In this document: piece after piece, positions 52,066 through 64,000 of the stretch | How the letters are laid out: every line of letters starts with the position of its first letter | How positions within the stretch are numbered: the stretch's first letter is position 1 | Source: Octopus bimaculoides | Taxonomy: Eukaryota | DNA length: 64,000 nt | Assembly: GCF_001194135.2 (NCBI RefSeq) | Contig: NC_069003.1 | Location: forward strand, 6,016,959 to 6,080,958 | Direction of reading: 5' to 3' | Position numbers and translations under genes: made by a program | The notes under the pieces: model-generated | Seen by the model: the letters and a program-made list of their open reading frames with translations, nothing else | Told to the model about the DNA's origin: nothing | Database searches by the model: none

Positions 52066-52825
52066 AATAAGATAACGCGTTGGCGGAATCGTTAGAGCGT
52101 CGGGGGAAAATATTTAGCGATGTTTGTTCTAGCTCTTTCCATTGATTTCAAATCCTGCCGAAGGTCGTCGAGTCTGCCCCATCCTTCCTGGATCGGCAAA
52201 ATGTAATACCTGTCAAGTACTGAATCGGATGTATCCGAATAAGCCCTCCTCTCAAAAATTGCTGGCCTTGTGCCTAAATTAGAAACCATATACTATATTG
52301 ATTTGATGACAACGAACGCCCCCCCCACACTTTTTAATGCACAATGCCTGCAATTTTAAGGGTTGGGGTTAGTCGGCATCATTGACGCCCAGTACTTGAC
52401 TGATATTTTAATTTAACGACCTTGAAAAGAATGAAAGGACTCAGGCAGGATATAACTCAAAACGTTAGGAGTTAGAAGAAAAGCATTTCGTCGGACACGC
52501 GAACAGTTCCGCTAAACAAGCCATCTTAATGATAATTGAATCTAACATAGGAGCAAGGACTGAGATTTTAGCCGTAGAAGGGAGAGAGTGATTAGCTAAT
52601 AACTTCGACACCATAAGTTGATTGGTAGATCAGAATGTTAAAGATTCTGCTAAATAATAATCCTCTCTACAATAGACACAAGGCCTGAAATTTGCGGGAA
52701 GAGGATTAGTTGATTACATCGATCTCGGTGTTCGACTAGTATTTAATTTATCGACTCCGAAAGGATAAACAGGCAAAGTCGATCTTGGCAGAATTTGAAC
52801 CCAGAACGTGAAAACAGACGATCTT
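52066..52825. mobile_element. Family A SINE cluster (one plus-strand copy, then minus-strand copies)
   Basis: Plus copy with head TTGGCGGAATCGTTAGAG and tail GGCCTTGTGCCTAAATTAGAAACC; reverse copies at about 52340-52530 and 52655-52825. Confidence 0.78.
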
Positions 52826-55800
52826 CATAAAAACCAACTCAACGAGTCATCCCAAACAGGGAAACGCACATAACCACCCGGGGTCGCGATCGAAGAATCG
52901 CGCAGATTCTAGATAATAGTGATGGCGCCTTAGCTGATCATTTCCTCTTGAATAGGATAGTGGTCCGTCGCTGGGTTAACCTCCCATCCATTGCTGGAAG
53001 TCATTTGCAGCAACGTGAAAGGAAAAGTTTTGCTCGAGAACACACCGCCCGAGCCAAGACTCGAAAACCTGATCTAATAACCTGGAGCGCGCAACACTAT
53101 CCACTCGATCATCAGCCTCTCAACAATGGCAACGAGGTCATAAACGGATACAGGCAACACCTGACAGGTACGTATTTCATCGGATCCATCCACTCTTACC
53201 CCAAAAGGATGAAAAACGAAGTTGACTCCGATGGAATTCGAACACAGAACAAGAGAGAGGGGAGAGAGAGGTTTATTATTATCTGCCACAACCACCTTTG
53301 CCATACAAGAAATTTGGTAGGAGGGGATGAGGATAGTCATTCAAACTAGACTTCAGTTAATGACTGGTATTGCATTTTTATTGCCTCCTAAACGAAAGGA
53401 AAGCCGACGTCTAACTACTTATTCCGAACTGCTAAGTTTACAGAGACATAAACTAACCAACGCCAGTTGTCAACCGAGGGGGGTGAAAAATACAACCACA
53501 ATGTTAGACACACACGTACAGTGTTCGCCTACCAAATCCACACACTAGACGTTGGTCAGTCCCGGGGCTATAGAAGACACTCGCCCAAGGTGCCGTGCAA
53601 GGAGGTGGGGGGGACTGAACTCGAAAAAACCACGTGGATGCAAAGAGATCTTCACCACACATCCATGCCTGCATCAGAGAGAGAGAGAGAGAAAGACTTA
53701 GACGAGTACATGGACCCAGTTCTTGACAAGTACTCTATTTGTCGATCTCGGAGACGAAAGATAAAATTTGACTTCAAGCGAGAATTGAACTTAGAACGTA
53801 AAGGATCCAATTTTCCAACACTAACTACTCTGACAATCTATCACCCCANNNNNNNNNNNNNNNNNNNNNNNNNNNNNNNNNNNNNNNNNNNNNNNNNNNN
53901 NNNNNNNNNNNNNNNNNNNNNNNNNNNNNNNNNNNNNNNNNNNNNNNNNNNNNNNNNNNNNNNNNNNNNNNNNNNNNNNNNNNNNNNNNNNNNNNNNNNN
54001 NNNNNNNNNNNNNNNNNNNNNNNNNNNNNNNNNNNNNNNNNNNNNNNNNNNNNNNNNNNNNNNNNNNNNNNNNNNNNNNNNNNNNNNNNNNNNNNNNNNN
54101 NNNNNNNNNNNNNNNNNNNNNNNNNNNNNNNNNNNNNNNNNNNNNNNNNNNNNNNNNNNNNNNNNNNNNNNNNNNNNNNNNNNNNNNNNNNNNNNNNNNN
54201 NNNNNNNNNNNNNNNNNNNNNNNNNNNNNNNNNNNNNNNNNNNNNNNNNNNNNNNNNNNNNNNNNNNNNNNNNNNNNNNNNNNNNNNNNNNNNNNNNNNN
54301 NNNNNNNNNATATATATATATATATATATATACGTGTGTGTATGTGTGAGAGCGTGTGTGTTCGTTGACATTCAAACAAAATGTTTGTTTTTCCAATTTC
54401 CGCAGCTAAAGTACAAACCACCTAGCGTAAGTACATGTGTGTGTAGGTAAATGTACATGTGGGTACATGTACGTGTATACGTTGGGTAAATGCGTGTGTG
54501 TGTGTATCTGACTGCTGTAAACAACAATAGCATAACAAGTGCTTTAGGTTTAAAGCACCACTAACTGCTAGTCTTGCACGTGGCTTCATATAAATATACA
54601 CAGCGCGCACACACACACGTATACACAAACATCTACGTATACACACATACAGTATATATACATATACGTATACACAAACAGCAGAAATTACTTGTGATAT
54701 TAGTGGAGCAAAAGAGGACGGTCATGGAAGTTTTAGTTACGTATTTAGTAGTAGTAGTAGTAGTAGTATGAGTGGTCGTAGTACTGGTGGTGGTGGTAGT
54801 AGTAGTAGTAATAGTAGTAGTTGGCAAGTGTCCAAGTGGTTTAGTTGGCCATTAACCAACCTTAAAATAAAAGAACGAAACAAAATACTAATGATGATGG
54901 TGGTGGTGATGATGATGATGATCATGACGACAACGGCGGTGATAAACCAAAACAATCTACACCACCACCACCATCTCCTCCGCCTCCTTCTCCAGTAGGT
55001 GTGCTGGTGTGTGTGTGTGGTGTAGTTTAGTGATGTGTAATAGTATAGTACTGTGCTGGTGTGTGTGTGTGTGGTATAAACTTAATTGAGTGCAACGTAA
55101 TAACAACCAGAAAAATTTCTAACATTAGCACAAGGCCACACATGGTGGAGTGAGGGAGAGACTTGAGAGGAGAATGGGGCGGAGACGGTTACAGTTTACT
55201 CCTCAGGATGGCTCTATCTGGTCGGTTACTCGACCTACTAGAAACAACAGCCACATCACCATCATCTTCACCACTACCACCATCATCATCGTTATTGTTT
55301 AACGTCCACCTTTTCATGCCTGCAAGGGTGAGATGGAATTTGCTGAGGCAGATTTTCTACGGCCGGATACCCCTCCTGGCCTCAGGCGAAGTAATAAGAA
55401 TTATTTCCCCATACTAGACATGAAGAGTGGAACGAACAACATAATTGTGTGGTGGTGAAGCTCGTTTACAACCATCACGTGATATCAAGACAAGAGTACA
55501 CACACACACACACACACGACAGACTTCTACTAGTGGCCATCTACCAAATCCACCGACAAGGCTTTGGTTGGCCTGGGTTATTGAAGACACTTATCCAAGG
55601 TACCATGCAGTGGGGTCGAACCAGAACAGCGTTGATGCCAGGTGTGCACGTGCTTGATTGAGGATGGCCCATGACTAAACAACAACAACAATGGGTACTA
55701 ATTTTATTGACCACAATGGGATTTGAACCTACAACTGGGTAACTAGACATTACTGCACTACCTTCTCTAGAAACTACACAACTTCGATTGTAATAGCACA

Positions 55801-56263
55801 GATAAGGTGTACAGTTTCAGTGCAGGGTACCATCATTATCATCATCATTTAGTGTAAATAATCTATGCTGGCATAGGTTGGATGGTTCAACAGGATCCGG
55901 CAGGCCACAGGACCCTGCCAATCTCCAATGTCTGTTTTGGCATGGTTTCTATGGTTGCATGCCAATTGAACCTGTTCACAAATAACTGATGCATGTTTTT
56001 ATCAACCCTGACAGATAACAGGTAAAAGTGATCTAAACATGATTTGAACTCAAATCTGTAGAATATCACATGGCACCGCTAAGCAAAAATGAAGAAGTTG
56101 GCAGGAATGGTGAGGGTTTATAAACGCCCAAATGATGAAAACATGGATAGCTATTTTCATATGTGCACATATCTAAACACTTGCTTCTGTATGTGTGTGT
56201 GTGTAAACACACACAGCTCAGTGTGTTAGTATATGCATGTGGTTGAAAAGTGCTGATGTCAAC

Positions 56264-56428
56264 ATTAATAGAGGAAAGCCTGCTCAGGATTTTGTTGAAG
56301 TGTTCTTCCCATCTTTTGAGGATTGCATTTTTGTCAATGAGGAGAGTGGACCTATCAGAATTAAGCAGGAGTGATGTTCTGGAAGACTGTGGCCTATAGA
56401 TGGCTTTCACCATACTTCTGTATCTCAT
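56264..56428 (-). mobile_element. RTE-clade LINE ORF2 fragment (region between endonuclease and RT)
   Basis: KAIYRPQSSRTSLLLNSDRSTLLIDKNAILKRWEEHFNKILSR resembles the RTE consensus KAVYGP...PLLSADGSTLITDK..IL.RWAEHF..VLNR. Confidence 0.8.
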
Positions 56429-59400
56429 CCGCCTTATTGCTGAACCGGGAATCCTTCATCTCTCAGAGCTTTTCACACACACACACAGACTGATGAAGGC
56501 CAGCAGACTAAAAGTTACTAGCCTTCATAAATCACTGTGACTCTTTCTTGTAAAAACTTTAATAGACGTGTACTCTACTAAAAAGTATTGAGCAATCCTT
56601 CAGTTTAACATGTTTTTATATAGAACTTGATTTCCCCATGGCCAGAAATATTTGCACAGATTAGAAACTAAGACAGAAACACACATGCTTATTTAGCATA
56701 TTTGTTTCAATCATTCTTCAGCAGCCATGCCGAAACACATTGTTTTCTTGTGGTTGTTTGAATGTGTATGATGACTGCATCACCCTTTGTATATCTGTTG
56801 ATAACTGTACATCCTAATCCAAGGTGTGGTGCAGCTTTGGTCTGCAAATGGGACATGTAAATATTAGGGAAGGGGTCAGATATTACTCCACAGGTGACTA
56901 TGTGGTCAAAAAGCTTGCTTCCTAATCATATTGCTCTTGGGTTCAGTCTCACTGCATAACACTTTGGGCAAGTGTCATGTTTTGGCCCTGGGTCAAGCAA
57001 AACCTTGTGAATAGATTTCATAGATGGAAACTGAAAGAATCTTGTCATGTATGTGTGTGCATGTGCATTTATGTGTACCTGCGTTTTGACATCATATCTT
57101 GGTTGTAAATGAGCACCACCATCATACAAGTGATGTTTGTTTCCAGTGTTCTGTGAGAAACATGTCTGGCTTTGATGAAATATAACCTGGCTCGGAAATA
57201 GGTACGGAATGGTGACGGAAAAGTCAACCAGCTGTAAAAAGTTTGCCTCCACAAATTCCATAAGCCATGCAAGCATGGAGAAGTGAACACTAGGTGATGA
57301 TGTGTTCCGTTTTTATGATTTCTCATGGTTTTAGCTAAGTGGATTTCTCTTCCATATTTTCTTCATTCACCCTCCTCTGCTAAGATTGCCAAAGCAAATA
57401 TTAGCTAGGGAAGTGTTCCATTCTTAAAAAATCTTTGAATCAGTTTTGCTTTGAAGCCAGGCATTCACAACTTCAACAGAAATATAAATAAGGACACTAA
57501 TTTTATAGAGAATTTTTTTTTTTGGTTGGTTGGTTGGTGTTAGGAAGGGCATCCAGCCATAAAAAAACCATGCCAAAACAGACATAGTAACCTGGTGTAG
57601 TCTTCTACATGGCTGGCTCCTGTCAAACCATCCAACCCATGTCAACATGGAAGGTGGACATTATATGATGATGATAAATTGAAAGAAAGGCAGAAATATA
57701 GTAGTAACAAATGGGCAACGTACTACAAGTGAGAGGCTTGCATATCCAGTATCTAAAATACACATCCAGCTTTATATCCTGAAGAATTGGAAGCAACAGG
57801 ATCTGTAGTAACCTGCTAGGATCAAATAAACTTACATTTCTGGAGAAAGAAACTTCATGCTACAGATGGCCACTTCACATGTGATAAAAGTTTAAAAGGC
57901 CTTCAATATTTAAAGAGTAAAATAGTTGATGATGGATGATTAACAGAACAAGATACCACTTGTTCATAAGCAAAATTACTTTTTCTTTATTTGGGCTGGA
58001 TATGGCTAGATTAAATGCTAAAGGATAACCCTTCACTTTTCCATGATTGCATGGGCAGAATAAAATTTATTGAGGTAGATTTTTCACAATACCTTTCTAA
58101 TACCAACCCACATCTATCTCCAGCATAAGTATGAAATGAAATTTGCTTAGAGGGTGCATACAAACTCAATTTTTCAGGATGTTCAGTGTTTTCACCCACA
58201 CACACGAAATTTTAGTGGGAGTGCACTTGCACCCCCTGTTCCTGAGCCTATGTTTTCCAAGCAAAGTAATATTTTCCCAAAGCCAGACTGTTTTGAAAAC
58301 TATTGGAAATGAGTTGCTTTGTACTCCTGCAAAATTTTTTAATTCTCACCGCTCTAACATGGTTGAAGATATGAACAAAAGACACAGCAATGACAAGAAC
58401 CAGGATGGATGTTGAAAGGTGAAGAGAACAGTGTGATAGAATAAAATAGTGATTAGTGTGGCAGTGACGGATTGTAATAGAAGTGGATAAATGGTAACAG
58501 TGAATGGTGATTAGGGAAGAGGAGTATAGAAAGGGTAATGGTTTGTATACACAATACAAACCACTGATCCTTTATACATACATCTCTGACAATGAGTGGG
58601 AAAGGTAAAGTGAGAAGAATGAAAGTAGTTGATCACTGAAAGGATGGGAGAGGGTTGGATATGTCGACTGATCTCACAAGCATGGTACAGTGTGAATGAG
58701 AGGAAGATGTGCTCTGTATATATTCTTTTACTTGTTTTAGTCATTAGACTGCAGCCATGCTGGAGTACAGCTTTGATGGGTTGTAGTCGAACAAAATGAT
58801 CCCAGGACTTGTAATGAACCTCATTAGCTTACAGCTGTTTCTGCTTAAGATACAATGCACTTTAAGTGGAATGCTTGTGTAATCACCCAACAGCTTTGTT
58901 GGAACTTACAGAATAATGCTTCAACAAAGTCTCATTCAAACCATACCAGCATGGAAAAAGCAGATAAAAAAAACAATTATGATACACACATGCATATATA
59001 TATATATATACATACACACATCTACATTATCATCCAATGTCCATGTCCCATGCTGGCATAAGTAGGATGGTTTGACGGTATCTCATAGGCCCCATGCTCC
59101 AGTGTCTGCTTTGACATGGTCTCTATGCCTGAAAACCCTTCCTAATGCCAACCATTTTACAGAATGTACTAGTTACTTTTTTCATGCTTCCAGCACTAAT
59201 GAGGTAGCCATGCAGCTTGCAACAGGGCACCTTTATACCAGGAGATGAAAGGTAGGAGTATGAGAGAAGAGGCCAGACAAGAGAATGTTCCTTGTAGGAG
59301 AGGATCTACATGGCTACTTAGATTTTAGAAGAGAAGGTGGGAATGATTGAGTGACATTTTAGAAGAGAGGGTGAGAATAATTGAGTGACATGGGAAAGTG

Positions 59401-61780
59401 ACAATAAATTAGTGATGAGCTGTCAGGAAAGACATTGAAAGTACACAGTCGGTGTTTACATCCTTGAGTATTATCTCCTATAGCTCTGCACTTCCAAAGA
59501 AGTAGAATAAAACCTCAATTGTTACATGGGAAAGGGTTGACAACAGAAAGAGCATCTGACTGTAAAAATACTGCTTCAAATAAGTACTCATCTAACACAA
59601 ACCAGCATAGAAATATGGATGTACAATGAACACACAATTTAATATTCACACACACACACACACACACAGGTATACATACATACATGTATGTATGTATGTA
59701 CCTTTTACTTGTTTCAGTCATTAGACTGCAGCCATTTTATGGCACTGCCTTGAATGAAACGAATCGACCCCAGTATTTACTTTTTTAAAGCTTAGTACTT
59801 ATTCTAGAAGTCTAGCAGTTTTGCCGAACTTCTAAGTTATGGGGACGTTAACACACCAATATAGTTGTCAAACAGCAGGGACAAAAACACAGACACTAAA
59901 ACAGATACGTGTGTGTGTGTGTGTGTATGTATATATATATATGCACACACATACACGATGGACTTCTTTCAGTTTGCGTCTACCAAATTCACTCACAAGG
60001 CTTTGGTCGTCTCAACGCAGCAGTAGAAGACATTTGCCGAAGGTACCACGCAGTGGAACTGAGCCCAGAACCATGTGCTTGGGAAGCAAACTTCTTACTA
60101 CACATAAATATATATTGCAATTATTATACATACTAACATAGATTACACTATAATCAGTCGCTTTATATTCAGTGCACATATTTTGCGTACTAAATTACAC
60201 AAACTTAGAAAACTTATACAGATGTATGTACATAAATATATTAATGAACATAAATACACATTCATACATACACTGTGTACATACACATATATATATATAC
60301 ACATACATACTCACACAAACGTAGATCTGTTTGTATGGAAAGTTATGAGTAAGCATGTAGATGTTTTGAAAAAGTTAAATGTAAACAAAAGGTTTTTAAC
60401 TACAGAACACTTGACCAGAGCAACCAAACCGTCATTAGTCAATACTAGTGTACTACAAGTACACAGCAGACGGACAAGAACTGATTGACCAACACACTAC
60501 TGGTCAACAAAGTAGTAGCGATCTGCTAGAAATTGAAAAATTTATTAAATCAGGGCTGACCAAAATACATGAACACACAGGAGATAGTAAACCTATATAT
60601 ATATACACACACACACACTGTTCGAATAGAGTTAAGACGGTTATGGTTGGAGCGTCTTTTAATCCATGGGTTTACTGGACCAGAGCTGCACTAAGCAACA
60701 CAAAGTCCCTATGTTCATGTACTATACATGCTCAATTGCAGGATTTGTTAAAACCTAGGTATTTTAACGAGTATGACGCTAGAAAGGGTACTAGGTTTAC
60801 AATACTCAGGAACAATTAAAAGCTAGCGTTAGCTGGTTGTATGCTATACATCTACATGTCAATCCATATAGACAAATATACACACAAGTATCCGACCCGT
60901 ACAAACAGTAAATCCAACTCAGGGATTGGTACCCACCGCACCAGTTGTGCGTGTGTGTGTGTACACATACACACATATTGTGTGTATGAATGTTTAAAAG
61001 TCGCTTTTAACCCCATGCTACATGAACGAATATTTATAAAAGCGGGAAACATAGATGTTCGGTATTTGACCCAAGTACTTGGGGGTAAATAAGGGGGGGG
61101 GGGTACTGTAAGTTATAAACAGCGTCAGGGTGTTAGTGTGTGTGTGTGTGTGTGTTACATCCTAACACCAGCGTATACATGTCGAAAGGCGGTCAGAGAA
61201 AGAGAGAGTGAGAGAGATAAACTGAGAGTGAGGAAGGGAGGGTGGAAGGGGGGGAGAAGATGATGTGAAGAAGAAAAAAAACTAAGAAATTAGGTTTGAA
61301 AAAGAGACACCCAAACTCACCGCCCCATCATCATTATCACCACCAATCTCTCCTGCACGACCAGCATCAATGAGATTATTATTATAAATAGAACATTTAA
61401 TGATACACTTTAAGACTACTGCTACTACGTCTTTATAACAAATAACTGACTATTTACTGTTTATACGCACAAATACATGGGTATATTAACACAAACATAT
61501 CTATGCAGACACAATGTTTATTTACTTTGTACTATTTATGTGTACGTGCATGTAAATATACTGTATATAAATACACACACATATGCACTCACACTCTCTC
61601 TCTCACGTACATCTTTTACCTTCAATATACTTAGTACTCTATATTACTTTCCAAACACCAACTTCTCCCAGCATGTTGCCAAAATTTCCATTCATTGTAA
61701 TATTAAAAACACAAAATTAAAATGAAAGCTACATGTGATTGTATCAGCATATATACTTTATTTAAAAGCAGCAGAAATAT

Positions 61781-61834
61781 AACAAAATACTGTTACTCTG
61801 AGTTTCACGTTCCCGTTCATCGGACAGTTTTGTT
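61781..61834 (-). ncRNA. Type I hammerhead-ribozyme-like motif (Penelope-like element / retrozyme terminal repeat)
   Basis: Minus strand AACAAA-ACTGT-CCGATGA-ACG GGAA CGT-GAA-ACTC A GAGT-A-ACAGT-AT-TTTGTT: all three helices pair, GUA cleavage triplet; core differs from CUGAUGA at U4. Confidence 0.72.
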
Positions 61835-61991
61835 AGAAATGTGCTTACTCCGGTATATATATATATATATATATATATAACTTTCAACACTGCAATCCTA
61901 CCGTTTATATATATANNNNNNNNNNNNNNNNNNNNNNNNNNNNNNNNNNNNNNNNNNNNNNNNNNNNNNNNNNNNNNNNNNNNNNNNNNNN

Positions 61992-62027
<36 letters not shown>

Positions 62028-63187
62028 GGTAGGTTTGCAGTGTTGAAAGTTACCCTGTCATTTTCGACCGAGAACTTGCTTTCTTCAGTTTATGCAAGTT
62101 TTTTAAATGAAAACTTTACAGAACAAAGAAGCAATTTATTTTCAAAAACTAAAACTATTTTTATTCATGTTGTCGACCTTCAGGCATTTGCTTGCTTGTG
62201 TCAGTGTGTGTGTTTGTGTTTTCAGAGAGAGAGAGAGAGATGGAGAGAAGGTGTCAAGTCACGGATACAGGACACTTAGGACATATGAACTCATCGACAG
62301 ATGAGGACTTCCTCCATTGAAGCAATATTGCAACAATGTTTAATTCAGATTTTGACAGCTTAAAATAATGATCACAAAAAATGTTAAGGACTCCACAGTT
62401 TGCAAACATACTGGCAAAAGTACGTGGTTCAACCGAATGGCCCAGTATCCGGTAGTTAAAAAAACAACAAACATTACAAACCAAGTGCTTGTTTTGCACA
62501 AACACACATACATTAACTGCAGTAGATGCTTATGAACACTTCGGGACGGAAGCTTTAGCATATCAATAACTAAATGATAACATTAAGCAAACAGCATAAC
62601 ATATTCGTAACTTACGGATCCACTAGCTTTGATANNNNNNNNNNNNNNNNNNNNNNNNNNNNNNNNNNNNNNNNNNNNNNNNNNNNNNNNNNNNNNNNNN
62701 NNNNNNNNNNNNNNNNNNNNNNNNNNNNNNNNNNNNNNNNNNNNNNNNNNNNNNNNNNNNNNNNNNNNNNNNNNNNNNNNNNNNNNNNNNNNNNNNNNNN
62801 NNNNNNNNNNNNNNNNNNNNNNNNNNNNNNNNNNNNNNNNNNNNNNNNNNNNNNNNNNNNNNNNNNNNNNNNNNNNNNNNNNNNNNNNNNNNNNNNNNNN
62901 NNNNNNNNNNNNNNNNNNNNNNNNNNNNNNNNNNNNNNNNNNNNNNNNNNNNNNNNNNNNNNNNNNNNNNNNNNNNNNNNNNNNNNNNNNNNNNNNNNNN
63001 NNNNNNNNNNNNNNNNNNNNNNNNNNNNNNNNNNNNNNNNNNNNNNNNNNNNNNNNNNNNNNNNNNNNNNNNNNNNNNATGCACACACACACACACACAC
63101 ACAAGAGAGTAAAAAAGAACTCAACCCATTTAGCTCTAGTACATGAATAATTATTTTAAAATATTTTGACTCTGCTGCATGCGAGTA

Positions 63188-63289
63188 AGTTTCGCAGGAC
63201 TCTTCGCAGGACTCTAACTCATCCAGGCTCAGATAACTGGTTATCTAAGCGTGGATGTGCCAGGTCTCTGTAAAGCGGCCTGCGAAACT
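63188..63289. repeat. Long imperfect inverted repeat (hairpin)
   Basis: AGTTTCGCAGG / CCTGCGAAACT (11 bp), CATCCA / TGGATG, AGATAAC / GTTATCT, with near-continuous pairing between them. Confidence 0.85.
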
Positions 63290-63337
63290 GTAAGTTGCAT
63301 AGAACCGAATCAAACTATTTTAAATAATAATAATTTC

Positions 63338-63368
<31 letters not shown>

Positions 63369-63963
63369 AACACACACACACGTATGTATACACATATATA
63401 GATCACGCTCCCAGAACGTATGAAGTATATTCTCTGCTTAATGTTATCTCAGATTTTGTCTCAAAATGATCACACTAAGCGGATACATATCAGTTCTTGA
63501 TAGTTATTAATAGGTAGAGATAGTGTAATGCATATTCATTCATTCTCCCACCCACCCCACATCCACCACCACCACCATCTTCAAGAGCCAATACATACGT
63601 TAAACGGATGGAAATGGAAATGGCTCCATTACTGGAGCTGGAAATTGAAACTGGGTCATCACCTCACCCACCTACCACCACCACCACCATCGACGCCGCC
63701 GCCTCCATAGAGCAACCTACCATTATCGATTTTCGTTCAGGCACCACCAGGACCACTCCACTCGTTTATAAAGTAATAAAAATGGAATCCTTGTGATGTT
63801 TATTTATACTGCCAGCAGTACCAACCGCCACCACCACCACCTCTCTCAGCCAATTCGTCACTTAACCGCGACCACCACCACCACCACCACCACTGCCGAT
63901 ACCCTTCGTCCTATTTCTCTTGTTTTTCTTCTTTGAGGAGCAAAGCGAAAAAAAAAAGACATA

Positions 63964-64000
<37 letters not shown>

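Noticed and set aside
56484-56520. CTGATGAAGGCC...GACTAAAAG hammerhead-like core
   Set aside because: GAAA is AAAA, stem II has a mismatch and no stem I partner is present; at most a very decayed relic.
59322-59389. 34-bp direct repeat pair
   Set aside because: Simple two-unit tandem duplication with no spacers; not CRISPR-like.
60448-60520. Two adjacent 7-bp hairpins with a possible pseudoknot
   Set aside because: Stems of this length are expected many times by chance in 64 kb of AT-rich DNA.

Overview
AT-rich animal genomic DNA with ten assembly gaps, dense in microsatellites and SINEs. The repeat families and general texture point to a coleoid cephalopod, most likely Octopus (inference from remembered repeat families, not a search). 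Only one protein-coding exon is well supported: a 324-nt phase 1-1 exon on the minus strand (21621-21944) encoding an N-terminal Ig domain of the DCC/neogenin/protogenin family, so most of the window is probably intron and upstream region of that gene. The rest is mobile DNA: a decayed Tc1 transposon with perfect 27-bp TIRs and TA TSD, hAT and TTAA-type (piggyBac-like) MITEs, Tx1/L1-like and RTE LINE fragments, and several modular tRNA-derived SINE families, some in head-to-tail arrays or nested. Most notable observations: (1) a structurally complete type I hammerhead-ribozyme fold with a variant core (CCGAUGA) at 61781-61834, plus two decayed hammerhead-like motifs of different sequence; (2) a ~100-nt fold-back hairpin at 63188-63289; (3) sharp CpG-poor/CpG-rich domains, readable from CpG decay within copies of the same SINE, that place a likely promoter near 35-36 kb; (4) a candidate internal first exon at 16586-16786. 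No evidence was seen for a new multi-gene system. Repeat boundaries other than TIR/TSD-defined ones are approximate.
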